Below, in pieces: positions 18,813-29,750 of a stretch of DNA of 64,000 nucleotides. The DNA is from an uncultured Nitrospiraceae bacterium (GTDB lineage Bacteria > Nitrospirota > Nitrospiria > Nitrospirales > Nitrospiraceae). The notes below the pieces were generated by a model that ran no database searches, was not told where the DNA came from, and worked only from the letters and a program-made list of their open reading frames with translations. Numbering within the stretch: position 1 is the stretch's first letter; the number at the start of each line of letters is the position of its first letter. The DNA lies in NCBI GenBank assembly GCA_963846575.1, contig CAWJWJ010000002.1, positions 2,624,001 through 2,688,000 of the forward strand, read 5' to 3'. A program made the translations under genes and the position numbers.

Positions 18813-19937
18813 CTAGCTCCTTCGCCGCCCGCGTGGAGGCACTGACGACGGCTTAGCTTGATTGCCCGCAGCCGCACTCACGGGGTGAATGGTGCGGGCC
18901 TCGCCTGACATATCGACGGCCCGAAACAGGCGATCTACATCGAGGGCAAACCCTGTGGATGCTGCCATCCGACCGAATCGACCCATGAGATGATCGTATC
19001 GACCGCCACCGCCCAACTCCGCACCGATACCGGGTGCGAACACATCGAATACAATCCCGTCATAATACTCGAACCCGCGAAATTCTCCGAGATCGATCAA
19101 TACGGCCCGTTGGCCTGGCAAAACGAGCCGTTCATAGACCTGAGCCAGGCGGTCGAGTGGTCGCAAGAGGGCGCGATCGCGCCCCACTAATTTCCGGCCC
19201 CTGGCCAGGACCTCCGACCCACCGCAGAGCTCTAGGGCTTCCAAAATGACCCTGGCCGTCGCGCGTGGCACGCCATCCCGCGTAAGCAGAGTCTCCAGCA
19301 GGGGCATGTCTTTTCTGGCCGCTGCTTGCTCCACGCGTTTTTGTCCTTCTGTCGACAAACCGGCGCGAACCAACAAAGCCGTAAAAAATCCTACGTGCCC
19401 GACTGCAACCTTGAACGAATCCAATCCCACCTGATGCAGACACTCAAGCAAGAAAGTGAGCACCTCGGCGTCGCCAGCCACACCATCCACGCCAATGAGT
19501 TCTGCCCCGACCTGGAAGATTTCCCGGTCGCGCCCGGCGTGCTCGCGTTCATAACGAAAGACCGACGTGCGATAACACAGGCGTAGCGGAAGACGCGTCC
19601 CCATCATCCCCATAGCGACCGTCCGAGCAATTTGCGCAGTCGCGTCGGGGCGCAACAGCATCAGTCGGCCCGTAGCCCGATCGACAAACTGATAACTCTT
19701 TTCGATCAGGTCTGGTTCCAGACCTGGCGCGAGGACATCCAGATACTCGAACATAGGTAGGATGATCTCTTCATAGCCCCCCTGAGCTAAAACCGCGAGA
19801 AGCGTCTGTTCGAGATGGCGGATGCGGCGCGCGGCCGCAGGAAGAATCGTGCTCATCCCCACGGGGATTAAAGACCGTTCCTGACCTGCCACACGAAGGG
19901 CGGAGGGAAAATGAGCTTTCAACGAAAGCGAGCCCAT
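18813..19937 (-). CDS. hisZ: ATP phosphoribosyltransferase regulatory subunit
   Basis: HisRS-like (LRPDATAQIAR, EIFQVGAELIG, YYDGIVF, GGGRYD) without an anticodon-binding domain. Confidence 0.9.
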   Translation of the reverse strand: MGSLSLKAHFPSALRVAGQERSLIPVGMSTILPAAARRIRHLEQTLLAVLAQGGYEEIILPMFEYLDVLAPGLEPDLIEKSYQFVDRATGRLMLLRPDATAQIARTVAMGMMGTRLPLRLCYRTSVFRYEREHAGRDREIFQVGAELIGVDGVAGDAEVLTFLLECLHQVGLDSFKVAVGHVGFFTALLVRAGLSTEGQKRVEQAAARKDMPLLETLLTRDGVPRATARVILEALELCGGSEVLARGRKLVGRDRALLRPLDRLAQVYERLVLPGQRAVLIDLGEFRGFEYYDGIVFDVFAPGIGAELGGGGRYDHLMGRFGRMAASTGFALDVDRLFRAVDMSGEARTIHPVSAAAGNQAKPSSVPPRGRRRS

Positions 19938-19955
19938 GGTCGACTGCCGGGCAAT

Positions 19956-21548
19956 CTACAAACCTTTCGATAGGTCTGCGACCTTCACGGAAAGGATGTG
20001 CTTGCTGTTCGTAATGTGATCCAGCACGGACGTGGGAAGCGGCGCATCAAGTCCGAAAATCAACAAGGCCTTGCCGCCACGCTCTTCTCGTGAACACTGC
20101 ATGCGCGCGATATTAATATTGTGATCGCCCAACACGTGACCCACTGTACCGATCACGCCTGGACGGTCTTCGTTCAAAATTAAGAGGAGGTGGTTGTCCG
20201 GTACCACTTCCACCTTGAACTGATCGATCTCAATGATGCGCGGGTCCTTGCGACTGTAGAGGGTCCCGGCCACCTGGTGGGATTTTTTTCCGGCTTCCAC
20301 ACGGACGCGAATCACGCTGGTAAAATCACCGGCGTCGTTACTCTTAACCTCTTTCACTTCTATTCCGCGCTCTTTTGCCACGATGGGCGCATTCACATAG
20401 TTTATGGGATCTTCGAGAATAGGAGTGAGAAGCCCTTTCAGCACCGCAATTGTCAGAGGCGCCACACTCATTCCGGCGACCTCCCCGCTGTATTCGACGG
20501 TCAATCGTTCCAACCCGCCCTCTAATAGCTGCGCTTGCAAGAGTCCTACGCGCTCTCCGAGCGAGAGATACGGCTGAAGCTGGGGCAACAGTTCGGGAGA
20601 CACCGAGGGAATGTTCACCGCGCCGCGAGCGATGCCCTTGGTGAAATACTCGACGATCTGCTCTGCAATTCCGACGGCCACATTCTCCTGCGCTTCCGTC
20701 GTGGAAGCGCCGATGTGCGGCGAGCAGATGAAATTGTCCAGCGCCAACAGCGGGTTGTCTGGTTTCACCGGCTCATCTTCAAATACATCAAACGCCGCGG
20801 CAGCGACTCGCTTGGACTTCAGCGCTTCGCAGAGATCCCCCTCATGCACGATGCCGCCACGCGCACAATTGGCGATCATGACACCGGGTTTCATTTTGGC
20901 GATGGCTTGGGCGTTGATGAGGGATTTGGTTTCCGGGGTCAACGGAGTATGTACCGAAATCACATCCGCACGGCGAAAGAGCTCATCCAATTCAACGACG
21001 GTCACACCCATCTTCTGGGCTCGCTCCTGCGCGAGGTATGGATCGTACGCCATGACTTGCATTCCGATGCCCTGGGCTAACTTGGTGAGATATCCGCCGA
21101 TTTGTCCGACGCCGACAATACCGAGCACCTTATTATAGAGTTCCACGCCCATGAACTTTTCTTTTTCCCACTTACCCGTCTTCGTCGAGGCCGTAGCTTG
21201 CGGGATTCGCCGTGACATCGAAAAGATCATCGCCATGGTATGCTCGGCGGTTGTCACAGTATTCCCGCCCGGGGTATTCATCACAACAATGCCACGACGA
21301 GTTGCCGCTGGCGTATCAACGTTATCCAAGCCGGATCCGGCTCGACCTACTACCTTGAGTTGACCGGCTGCAGCGATCACCTCGGCCGTGACCTTGGTGC
21401 CAGACCGGACGATCAGCCCGTCCGCATCCTTAATCTCTTTCAGCAACTCTTCTTTTGGCAGCTTGGTTTTGACCACGACCGTAAAGCCGGCCTTTTCTAA
21501 TACTTCCACCCCTTGCTTCGACAGACTATCGCTGACCAAGATTTTCAT
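19956..21548 (-). CDS. serA: D-3-phosphoglycerate dehydrogenase
   Basis: RAGSGLDNVD, NCARGG, PHIGAST.EAQ, ASB and ACT (DRPGVIG) domains. Confidence 0.97.
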   Translation of the reverse strand: MKILVSDSLSKQGVEVLEKAGFTVVVKTKLPKEELLKEIKDADGLIVRSGTKVTAEVIAAAGQLKVVGRAGSGLDNVDTPAATRRGIVVMNTPGGNTVTTAEHTMAMIFSMSRRIPQATASTKTGKWEKEKFMGVELYNKVLGIVGVGQIGGYLTKLAQGIGMQVMAYDPYLAQERAQKMGVTVVELDELFRRADVISVHTPLTPETKSLINAQAIAKMKPGVMIANCARGGIVHEGDLCEALKSKRVAAAAFDVFEDEPVKPDNPLLALDNFICSPHIGASTTEAQENVAVGIAEQIVEYFTKGIARGAVNIPSVSPELLPQLQPYLSLGERVGLLQAQLLEGGLERLTVEYSGEVAGMSVAPLTIAVLKGLLTPILEDPINYVNAPIVAKERGIEVKEVKSNDAGDFTSVIRVRVEAGKKSHQVAGTLYSRKDPRIIEIDQFKVEVVPDNHLLLILNEDRPGVIGTVGHVLGDHNINIARMQCSREERGGKALLIFGLDAPLPTSVLDHITNSKHILSVKVADLSKGL

Positions 21549-21576
21549 TGTCGTGGCGCCTTACCTGAAGGTGAGT

Positions 21577-22722
21577 CTAGGACTTCCCCATAATAATTTC
21601 TTGAGCCTTCGCTACCCCACTGCCAAGCTTCACCGGGTAGCCAAGCCCCTTAATAACCATTTCCACCGCCGCCAGAGCCGTGATAACGTCAAAACTGTCG
21701 ATGTAGCCCATATGCGAAATGCGGAAAATTTTGCCCTTGAGATGATCCTGCCCACCTGCAGCGGTCATCCCATACTGTGTCCGCAAATTTTTATAGACCG
21801 CCTGCCCATCCACCCCTTCCGGAGCAAGGATTGCCGTCAAAGCGTCGCTCGGACGCTCCTGAGGAAACAAGGCGAGGCCAGCCGCTTTCACGCCTTCCCG
21901 CATCGCGGTCGCTAACATCGCATGCCGAGCAAAAACTGCCTCCAGGCCCTCGCCTTTGAGAATGTTCATGACCTCTTTCAGGCCCAAAATCAGCGATACG
22001 GCTGGAGTATAGGCAGTGGTGCTCTTCTGCTGGTTCTCTCGTTCACGCTTGAAGTTAAAATAAAATGCCGCGTTCTTCGCCTTATCAGCAAGGCGCCAGG
22101 CCTTCTCGCTCACACTGGCAAATGCCAGTCCGGGGGGCAACATGAGCGCCTTTTGCGAGCCGGTGATTACGACATCAAGGCCCCAGGCATCTGTCTTCAG
22201 GTCGAGCACTCCCAACGCGGTGATCGCATCGACCACCAAAATAGTGTCCTCATACCCTTTGACAATGTCGGCCAAAGCTTTGACATCATGCGCCACTGCC
22301 GTGGAGGTTTCGCTTGCCTGCACGTAAACGGCTTTGATCGACGGATCTTTTTTCAACGCCTCCGCAACGGCCTGAGGATCTACCGCCCGTCCCCATTCCA
22401 CCTTTAACTCCGTCACTTGGACACCGAAAGCTTTACACAGCTTCGTCCAGCGCTCACCGAACTTGCCTCCATTCACCGTGAGCGCTTTATCGCCGGGTGA
22501 GAGGAAGTTTGAGACCGAGCCTTCCATGCCTCCGGTGCCGGATGCCGCAAGAATCAAGACATCGTTCCTGGTCTGAAACAACCACTTCAGGTCTTCGCGA
22601 ACTTCGCCGAAAAGTTTATCGAACTCAGGAGCCCGGTGGTGAATCATCGGTCTGGCCATGGCCAGTAGCACCTCCGGAGGAACGGGGGTGGGTCCGGGAG
22701 CCAGCAAATACCGTTTGAGCAT
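21577..22722 (-). CDS. Class V PLP aminotransferase (serine-pyruvate/phosphoserine aminotransferase-like)
   Basis: LLAPGPT, SGTGGME, ETST, VDAIT, GSQKALMLPPG (PLP Lys), FRISHMG. Confidence 0.9.
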   Translation of the reverse strand: MLKRYLLAPGPTPVPPEVLLAMARPMIHHRAPEFDKLFGEVREDLKWLFQTRNDVLILAASGTGGMEGSVSNFLSPGDKALTVNGGKFGERWTKLCKAFGVQVTELKVEWGRAVDPQAVAEALKKDPSIKAVYVQASETSTAVAHDVKALADIVKGYEDTILVVDAITALGVLDLKTDAWGLDVVITGSQKALMLPPGLAFASVSEKAWRLADKAKNAAFYFNFKRERENQQKSTTAYTPAVSLILGLKEVMNILKGEGLEAVFARHAMLATAMREGVKAAGLALFPQERPSDALTAILAPEGVDGQAVYKNLRTQYGMTAAGGQDHLKGKIFRISHMGYIDSFDVITALAAVEMVIKGLGYPVKLGSGVAKAQEIIMGKS

Positions 22723-22785
22723 GGAACGAACCTCCTCACTTTGCGACTTGCGGAAGGGACAATGTCAGGGATTTAGAAGGGGCGT

Positions 22786-22814
22786 ACGCTACCATAGCCC
22801 CCCCGAGGTGTCAA
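22786..22814 (-). promoter_or_regulatory. sigma70-type promoter for the aminotransferase-serA-hisZ-dnaB operon
   Basis: TTGACA-17bp-TAGCGT with extended TG. Confidence 0.65.
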
Positions 22815-22954
22815 GGTAAGGAACTCCGAAGATGCTTGTCATTTCATGGAGTTCAAAGGTGAGGGTGCGAGGATAAACTCACAACGTGGAATACGTAAAT
22901 CCCGGCAGGCCGCAGGCAATGCAATTTCGCCGACGATCCAACTCCCTCAATTTC

Positions 22955-22983
22955 TTGACAAGTTGGAACCGCATCGATAGTCT
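22955..22983 (+). promoter_or_regulatory. sigma70-type promoter for the lytic transglycosylase
   Basis: TTGACA-17bp-TAGTCT. Confidence 0.65.
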
Positions 22984-23033
22984 ACCTTTCATCATGCAGC
23001 ATTGACCACTTCCTGAATAAGTTAGGTACTGCT

Positions 23034-24437
23034 ATGTATGCTCCATTTGTGGATGCCAGATTTCCCAAGCTAACCTGCTTTGCCCTCTCTTTAGTTTTGT
23101 TGTCCTCCCCGGTCGCCGGACATGCCGAGGACACGATTCCGCCTGAAGCAGAACTGAATCCGACCACTGAGACGACCACACAGGGCACTGACCTTCCCCA
23201 GGAACCTGAGTACTTGATTGATCAGGAAGATCGCGCCGCTGCCGCAGCAAGCGAGGCTGCGGAAGGTCCGGCAGCCGATGACCCGACAGTCGCCGCCACC
23301 GAGCCATCCACAGAGGTCCCCCCTGCAGAAGCACTGCTTCAACTGAAGCCTCTTACCGGCGTTACAGCCAGATTCACGGACCTGTTAGTCCCTCCAGCGG
23401 AGGTCGCCCAAGTAACGCCCTCCCCGGAGGAACAGGACTCAGATGAGGTCACAGCCTACAATGTGCCCATCGTGCTCGATCCTTCCGTGCAGGGACATAT
23501 TCGCTTCTTCAACGTGTCGATTCGTAACCGGTTCGAACAATGGCTTATCCGACTCAGCCACTATCGACCTCTAGTGGACAGCATTTTCTCTGAATTCCAA
23601 TTGCCCAGCGACCTCATTTATCTGTCTCTGGTCGAAAGCGGATTCAACCCCCATGCCTATTCACGCGCACGGGCGGCGGGACCCTGGCAGTTCATGAAGG
23701 GCACGGCAAAGGTGTACGGCTTGCGGGTGGATAGTTATGTGGACGAACGACGTGATCCCGTCAAATCGACGGTGGCAGCGGCACGCTACCTGCGTGACCT
23801 GTACGACCTATTTGGAACATGGCCTCTGGCGATGGCCGCCTACAATGCCGGGGAAGGTAAGGTGATGCGGGCGCTTCATACCGCACAGGCCGAAAGCTTT
23901 TCGGACATCGCCAAAACCCGCCTCATCCGACGGGAGACCAAGGAATACGTGCCTCGTTTCATGGCCGCGACCATTATCGCGAAGAACCCGGATCGTTATG
24001 GATTTCCGCAGAATGAGACCCGGCCACATCAGTTTGAAGAGGTGGTGGTGGGACGCCCCATCCACTTCAAAGCCATTGCCAATCTGACAGGCATTTCCTA
24101 CCAGGAGTTGAAAGTCCTCAACCCGGAATTGCGGCGGGATGCCACGCCGCCAGATGATCCCGAATATCGGCTAAAAGTTCCAACGGGGACGAGAGAGCGG
24201 GTAGAACAGCTACTGCACCGAGCCCCGACCCATAAGTTTGCACCGCTGAGCGTCTCAGGCAAGGGCCGGCAAATCAAGAGAGAACCTGACTCCCCCAAAT
24301 GGTACCGTGTTCGTGTTGGGGATTCCCTCGAGAAGATCGCCAAGCGCTTCAAGATCTCCGTCAAAAGTCTGCAGGCGAAGAACAACCTCACAGGACATAC
24401 CATCAAGGCAGGGAGCCGGCTCCTTATCGCACACTAG
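23034..24437 (+). CDS. MltD-like lytic transglycosylase (SLT + LysM)
   Basis: Signal peptide, VESGF, AAGPWQFM, AAYNAGEG, ETKEYVP, C-terminal LysM (YRVRVGDSLEKIA). Confidence 0.92.
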   Translation: MYAPFVDARFPKLTCFALSLVLLSSPVAGHAEDTIPPEAELNPTTETTTQGTDLPQEPEYLIDQEDRAAAAASEAAEGPAADDPTVAATEPSTEVPPAEALLQLKPLTGVTARFTDLLVPPAEVAQVTPSPEEQDSDEVTAYNVPIVLDPSVQGHIRFFNVSIRNRFEQWLIRLSHYRPLVDSIFSEFQLPSDLIYLSLVESGFNPHAYSRARAAGPWQFMKGTAKVYGLRVDSYVDERRDPVKSTVAAARYLRDLYDLFGTWPLAMAAYNAGEGKVMRALHTAQAESFSDIAKTRLIRRETKEYVPRFMAATIIAKNPDRYGFPQNETRPHQFEEVVVGRPIHFKAIANLTGISYQELKVLNPELRRDATPPDDPEYRLKVPTGTRERVEQLLHRAPTHKFAPLSVSGKGRQIKREPDSPKWYRVRVGDSLEKIAKRFKISVKSLQAKNNLTGHTIKAGSRLLIAH

Positions 24438-24475
24438 CTCGCTGACGGCCCGTTTGATTATCGAGAAGCGACCGG

Positions 24476-25309
24476 CTAGGGCTTCTTTTTTGATGTCGGT
24501 GCAGGGGACTTGCTTGAGTTTTTCGCAGGCGCTTCGGATTGAGGAGCAGGCGCACTCCCCGAGGAGGCAGGCGTGACCTCGGTGGACTGGCTATCCGGGG
24601 ACTTCTTCACTTCCAATACCTTCACACGAACGGCAGCCTCACTCGTAAAGGGCGAGTTCGGATAATTCTTCATCAGGTCCTGATAGTGCGCAAGCGCCCC
24701 CTCAGGACGGGATTGCGACTCCTCCATCTTTGCCAATTCAAAGAGCACCTGGTCTTTGTTGAGCGCACCAGGAATTTCGAGAATGCCGGCGAACGCCTTA
24801 GCGGCCTGATCCCGGTCACCTTTTACAAGATAGGCATAGGCCAACCGTTGCTGGACAAGCCCTAGCAATGAGGGGTTGGAGCTGTAGAGCAGCATGAAGC
24901 GTTTGTAACTTTCAATGCCCGCGTCGATCTCATTGCCCAAAACCTGGGCGTTGCCCAGATGGAACAAGGCTAAGGGCGCGACAGAAGTCCGTGAGTACTG
25001 ATCCACGACCTGTTTGTACAAATTAATGGCCTGCGAGAGCTGCTCTTGCGCTTTCTTCGGATCGTCCGCCGGCCGGTTGAGATAATGAAGCGTCGCTTCC
25101 TGGTCCAGTTCCCGTGCCTTCAACGTAGCCTGATAGTCGTACCAGATGACCCCGATGATGACGGCGGCAGCTATCAGGATGACGCCGAGCCCGACCAGCA
25201 GCGCCCGCCGCTGCTCCTGTAGCACCAGGAGAAACCGCTCCACTCCGCTCAGCAGGTGCGTCTCATCGAGCGGATCAGCTTTAGCAGGAACCTTGATGCG
25301 ATAGCTCAT
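24476..25309 (-). CDS. YfgM-like membrane-anchored TPR protein
   Basis: Single TM near the N-terminus followed by TPR helices (YPNSPF). Confidence 0.75.
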   Translation of the reverse strand: MSYRIKVPAKADPLDETHLLSGVERFLLVLQEQRRALLVGLGVILIAAAVIIGVIWYDYQATLKARELDQEATLHYLNRPADDPKKAQEQLSQAINLYKQVVDQYSRTSVAPLALFHLGNAQVLGNEIDAGIESYKRFMLLYSSNPSLLGLVQQRLAYAYLVKGDRDQAAKAFAGILEIPGALNKDQVLFELAKMEESQSRPEGALAHYQDLMKNYPNSPFTSEAAVRVKVLEVKKSPDSQSTEVTPASSGSAPAPQSEAPAKNSSKSPAPTSKKKP

Positions 25310-25426
25310 TGATGCACGATCATCTTGTCGGGATAAAAGAAGCGGTCGTTTCCGGCAGCATCGCGCCTTATACTAGGGACGAGTCAGCCTTGTCAAATAT
25401 CACGACCATCGAGCGAAAACGCAGCT

Positions 25427-26587
25427 ATGTTTGAGCGACATCTACGACAACTAGAGGATCGGCATCTGCTGCGCCACATTCGGACGCTCGCATCGGCCAC
25501 CGGACCGACGGTAAGCTTGGAGAGTCGCCAGGTCATACTCCTTTCCTCCAATAACTACCTTGGACTGGCCACCCACCCGAGCGTCGTGGAAGCAGCCGTT
25601 TCGGCCACCAGACAATATGGAGCAGGATCCGGCGCCTCACGCCTCGTCTGCGGTAGCCTCCCACCCCATGCGGAACTCGAAACAACCCTCGCCCGATTCA
25701 AAGGCACCGAAGCATCGCTTACGTTTGCCTCGGGTTACCTGGCTAACATCAGCGTCATTCCCACTCTAATTAGCAAAGGAGGCCTCATCTTTGCCGACCG
25801 GCTCTGTCACGCGAGCTTGATTGATGGCTGTCGATTGAGCGGGGCAACCTTTCGCGTCTACCGCCATAAAGACATGAATCACCTGGAACGATTGCTCCTT
25901 CGACGAGCTTCAGCCACACCCACGCTGATCGTGACTGACGGTATTTTCAGTATGGACGGGGACATTGCCCCGTTGACCGACATTGCCAGCTTAGCTGAAC
26001 GGTACGATGCGGCGGTTTTTGTGGACGATGCCCACGGAACGGGAATTTTGGGCCGAACCGGTAGAGGGAGCCTCGAACATTGCGACGTGGAATCCCGTAT
26101 CCCCTATCACATGGGAACTTTGAGCAAAGCACTCGGTAGTGCAGGGGCCTACCTCGCGGGTTCAAGCGAATTCGTCGCGTATCTTGTCAATACCTGCCGG
26201 GGGTTTACCTACACGACTGCGCCCACGCCCGCTTCCGCCGCTGCGGCCACCGCGGCGATCCGCGTAGTTGAGCATGAGCCGGAACGGCGCGCACGTTTGT
26301 GGCATAACCGCGAACGCCTGGCGCAAGGACTGACTCGGCTGGGCTACCGGATTACAGCATCGGAAAGTCCGATCCTTCCAATTCTCGTCGGTGATCCAGA
26401 TCGTGCCATGAGCCTGGCGCTGGCACTCTTGAATTACGGCGTCTACGCGCCTGCCATTCGCCCGCCTACCGTTCCCTCAGCCACCAGCCGGCTCCGACTC
26501 ACCATCACGGCCGACCACACGACGCAACAGATCGACGACGCCCTTGCTGCCCTCGAACAGGCTGGTCGAGCTCTGCACCTGATCTAG
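25427..26587 (+). CDS. bioF: 8-amino-7-oxononanoate synthase
   Basis: SSNNYLGL, GSGASRL, HASLIDG, FSMDGD, DDAHG, TLSKA, IRPPTVP. Confidence 0.95.
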   Translation: MFERHLRQLEDRHLLRHIRTLASATGPTVSLESRQVILLSSNNYLGLATHPSVVEAAVSATRQYGAGSGASRLVCGSLPPHAELETTLARFKGTEASLTFASGYLANISVIPTLISKGGLIFADRLCHASLIDGCRLSGATFRVYRHKDMNHLERLLLRRASATPTLIVTDGIFSMDGDIAPLTDIASLAERYDAAVFVDDAHGTGILGRTGRGSLEHCDVESRIPYHMGTLSKALGSAGAYLAGSSEFVAYLVNTCRGFTYTTAPTPASAAAATAAIRVVEHEPERRARLWHNRERLAQGLTRLGYRITASESPILPILVGDPDRAMSLALALLNYGVYAPAIRPPTVPSATSRLRLTITADHTTQQIDDALAALEQAGRALHLI

Positions 26588-26766
26588 TCCGGTGCCGCAG
26601 GGCTCTCCTCTCCGGTCTTTGGCATCGAGATACTCCTCGCGTCCCTTGTGGATATTTTCTTGATTTCCCACCCCCCTATGGCATGATCCAAGAGGTCGGA
26701 GAGCCATGCCCTTTTTTATAATCTTGCTCATTTATCCGCCGTACTCTCAGAGCAGGGAGTGATTCG

Positions 26767-27828
26767 ATGATCGACATTTCCAAATTATTGACGTTTGGCG
26801 TTCAGCAGGGCGCTTCGGACTGCCACATCAGCGCAGGCGAACCACCCATGATCCGGCTACATGGAGATCTCAAAAAACTCGACCATCCGCCTTTGAGCCA
26901 GGACGAAACTCACGCGCTTATTTACGACATGATGAGCGACGCTCAGCGGAAAAACTTCGAAGAACACCGGGAGTGTGACTTCTCGTTCGACCTGGGAGAC
27001 ATTGCCCGATTCCGGGTTAACGTGTTCGTGCAAGGCCGTGGATTAGGCGCCGTCTTCCGGACCATTCCGACTGAAATTCTCCCCATTGAAAAGCTTGGTA
27101 TGCCGCCTATCCTTCGGCAGCTCTGCGATCGTGAGAAGGGCCTGATCCTGGTGACCGGCCCGACTGGGTCCGGAAAATCTACCACTCTCGCGGGCATGAT
27201 CGATTATCTGAATAACACCTACGAAGGGCACATCCTCACGATCGAAGATCCTGTAGAGTTTGTGCACAAATCCAAGAAGTGCCTCGTCAACCAACGAGAG
27301 CTGGGCGTGCATACCTTGTCCTTTGCGAATGCGCTACGCGCGGCGCTTCGCGAGGATCCCGATATTATCCTCGTAGGTGAAATGCGGGACCTGGATACGA
27401 TTCAACTGGCCCTGACCGCGGCCGAAACTGGCCATTTAGTCTTCGCAACCTTGCATACATCCAGCGCACCGAAAACCGTCGACCGTATTATCGACGCCTT
27501 CCCTCCGAATCAGCAGGCCCAAGTCCGCGCCCAGCTGGCAGAAACGCTGGAAGCAGTGTTGACTCAAACGCTCCTCAAGAAGAAAAGCGGTGGCCGCATC
27601 GCAGCCGTAGAAATTATGGTCGGGACTACAGCCGTCAGGAATCTAATCCGGGAGGGTAAGCTTCACCAGATTCCGGGCGTCATGCAGGCCAGCCAGAAGG
27701 ACGGCATGCAGACCATGGACATGGCCCTGATGGAATTAGCTTCGCGTGGCCTGGTGACGAAGGCTGAGGCCCAGTCACGAAGCATGACCGCCAATCTGTT
27801 TGCCACCGCCGCTGGCGGAGCCGCCTGA
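26767..27828 (+). CDS. pilT: Type IV pilus retraction ATPase
   Basis: GPTGSGKST, TIEDPVE, LREDPD, AETGHL, AVRNLIRE. Confidence 0.95.
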   Translation: MIDISKLLTFGVQQGASDCHISAGEPPMIRLHGDLKKLDHPPLSQDETHALIYDMMSDAQRKNFEEHRECDFSFDLGDIARFRVNVFVQGRGLGAVFRTIPTEILPIEKLGMPPILRQLCDREKGLILVTGPTGSGKSTTLAGMIDYLNNTYEGHILTIEDPVEFVHKSKKCLVNQRELGVHTLSFANALRAALREDPDIILVGEMRDLDTIQLALTAAETGHLVFATLHTSSAPKTVDRIIDAFPPNQQAQVRAQLAETLEAVLTQTLLKKKSGGRIAAVEIMVGTTAVRNLIREGKLHQIPGVMQASQKDGMQTMDMALMELASRGLVTKAEAQSRSMTANLFATAAGGAA

Positions 27829-27881
27829 ACGCTTGTTCCTTATTAGTTACGCACTCGCAGATCACATAACAAAGGCAGATC

Positions 27882-29045
27882 ATGGAGATTCGTACGCTTC
27901 TCGAGGTCATGGTCAAACAGGAATCCTCGGATCTGTATCTCACCGTCGACGCCCCTCCCATATATCGTATCCACGGGTCCACACATCGAACGGACGCGCC
28001 GCCCTTTACGAACGAGCAGCTGGAGTCGGTTGCACTCGCACTTATGCGTGGCCAGCAACGCGGCGAGTTCGAAGAAAAAATGGAGATGAATCTTGCGCTG
28101 TACTACAAGGAATTGGGTCGATTTCGTGTGAACATCTTCCGCCAGAAAGGAAACGTCGGGCTAGTCTTTCGACACATCAAAGCGGAGATCATGACCGTCG
28201 AGCAACTGGACCTGCCGCCCATTGTAAAAGATATTGCCATGACCAAACGGGGTCTGGTGCTCGTCGTAGGAGCAACAGGCTCGGGAAAATCCACCACACT
28301 GGCCGCGATGGTTGACCATCGCAACACCGTGCATGCCGGACACATCATCAGCGTGGAAGATCCGATCGAATTCGTCCATCATCATAAAAAATCCATCGTG
28401 ACGCAGCGCGAAGTGGGTTTTGATACCCACTCCTTCGGTCACGCGCTGAGAAACACCCTGCGCCAGGCCCCGGATGTCATTCTCATCGGCGAAATCCGCG
28501 ATACGGAGACAATGGAAGCCGCGATTACCTTTGCCGAGACCGGACACCTCTGTCTCGGCACCCTACACTCGAATAATGCCAACCAGGCCATCGAACGCAT
28601 CATGAACTTTTTCCCGGTGGAGCGGCACCCACAAATCTATCTGCAACTGTCCTTGAATCTGCGCGCCATCATATCGCAACGGCTGATTCCTTCCCTTGAC
28701 GGACGTCGGGTGCCGGCCCTCGAAATTATGCTCGACACACCTCGAATCAAAGACCTGGTCAAACGTTCCGAAATCGACACGTTGAAAGAAGCAATGGATC
28801 AGGGCATCGACGAAGGCTGCCAGACGTTCGACTACGTCCTTTTGCAGTTGTATCAGGCAGGAAAGATCAGTATTGAGCAGGCCTTGATTAACGCGGACAG
28901 CGCCAATAACCTTCGCCTGAAGATCAAACTGGCAGGCCTCAAAGGGGACGACGCCGTGGCGGCCCTCCTGGACAAAAACGCGAGAAACGAAAAAACATTC
29001 CAGATTCAGGGGCAGATGGGCCAGCCTGGAAGCAGAAAGCGTTGA
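27882..29045 (+). CDS. pilU: Type IV pilus retraction ATPase PilU
   Basis: GATGSGKST, LRQAPD, HSNNANQAIERI, NADSANNLRLKIK; follows pilT. Confidence 0.93.
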   Translation: MEIRTLLEVMVKQESSDLYLTVDAPPIYRIHGSTHRTDAPPFTNEQLESVALALMRGQQRGEFEEKMEMNLALYYKELGRFRVNIFRQKGNVGLVFRHIKAEIMTVEQLDLPPIVKDIAMTKRGLVLVVGATGSGKSTTLAAMVDHRNTVHAGHIISVEDPIEFVHHHKKSIVTQREVGFDTHSFGHALRNTLRQAPDVILIGEIRDTETMEAAITFAETGHLCLGTLHSNNANQAIERIMNFFPVERHPQIYLQLSLNLRAIISQRLIPSLDGRRVPALEIMLDTPRIKDLVKRSEIDTLKEAMDQGIDEGCQTFDYVLLQLYQAGKISIEQALINADSANNLRLKIKLAGLKGDDAVAALLDKNARNEKTFQIQGQMGQPGSRKR

Positions 29046-29142
29046 TCGCTCCCCGCGCAAGACACCCTAGCGACCGGATAACGGCGCTCAGCTTCGCCCG
29101 CTCGTAGCCGAAGGCTGGTACTACGTCCCGCAGCCTCCGCGA

Positions 29143-29682
29143 CTATTGCCCGGTGGCTTCTTCCAGGTACGAAACGATTTTCTCCAACGCAGACGCGCTC
29201 AACTTTCGTCCATACCAGACGGGCATGGTGTTGGCCGGAAACCCCGGCACGACATAGACCCCGGGAGACATAATTGACTCGACAATGTACTCGCGTACCG
29301 TCTTCGCCTCCCCATGATACTGCGGATCAGCCAGACGCATGGCACCCGTCTTCCCAAGCCAGAGCGGAGGCCCCACCTGTCCCTGAGCCCCCGCAATACC
29401 GGGAACCTGATGACAGACCGGGCAACCGGCACGAACGAACAACTCCTGTATTGGCTCCTCACCAGTCACCAACGGCACCATATTAAAATCTACGTGCTGC
29501 AATTGCTGGCGCGATTCGGATTGCATGGCATTCCGGATTCCGACCAAGGCTACCAGCAATACAAATACGGTCGCCAGCAATCCCAACGCCTTATTTCGCT
29601 GCTTCGTTAGTGGAGCGGATGGCGGAGAGGACACATCAGACATAGCGAAGTCGTGCAGAACTGATAGAGGAACCAGTGACAA
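29143..29682 (-). CDS. Membrane-anchored monoheme c-type cytochrome
   Basis: TM segment, CPVCH, ESIMSP...MP distal Met. Confidence 0.85.
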   Translation of the reverse strand: MSLVPLSVLHDFAMSDVSSPPSAPLTKQRNKALGLLATVFVLLVALVGIRNAMQSESRQQLQHVDFNMVPLVTGEEPIQELFVRAGCPVCHQVPGIAGAQGQVGPPLWLGKTGAMRLADPQYHGEAKTVREYIVESIMSPGVYVVPGFPANTMPVWYGRKLSASALEKIVSYLEEATGQ

Positions 29683-29750
29683 GCAGCCTTACACATCCAT
29701 CTCGGAGGGGCTTATGGCGAGCGATTAGTAATCTGGCAGCGAAGGCTGCG

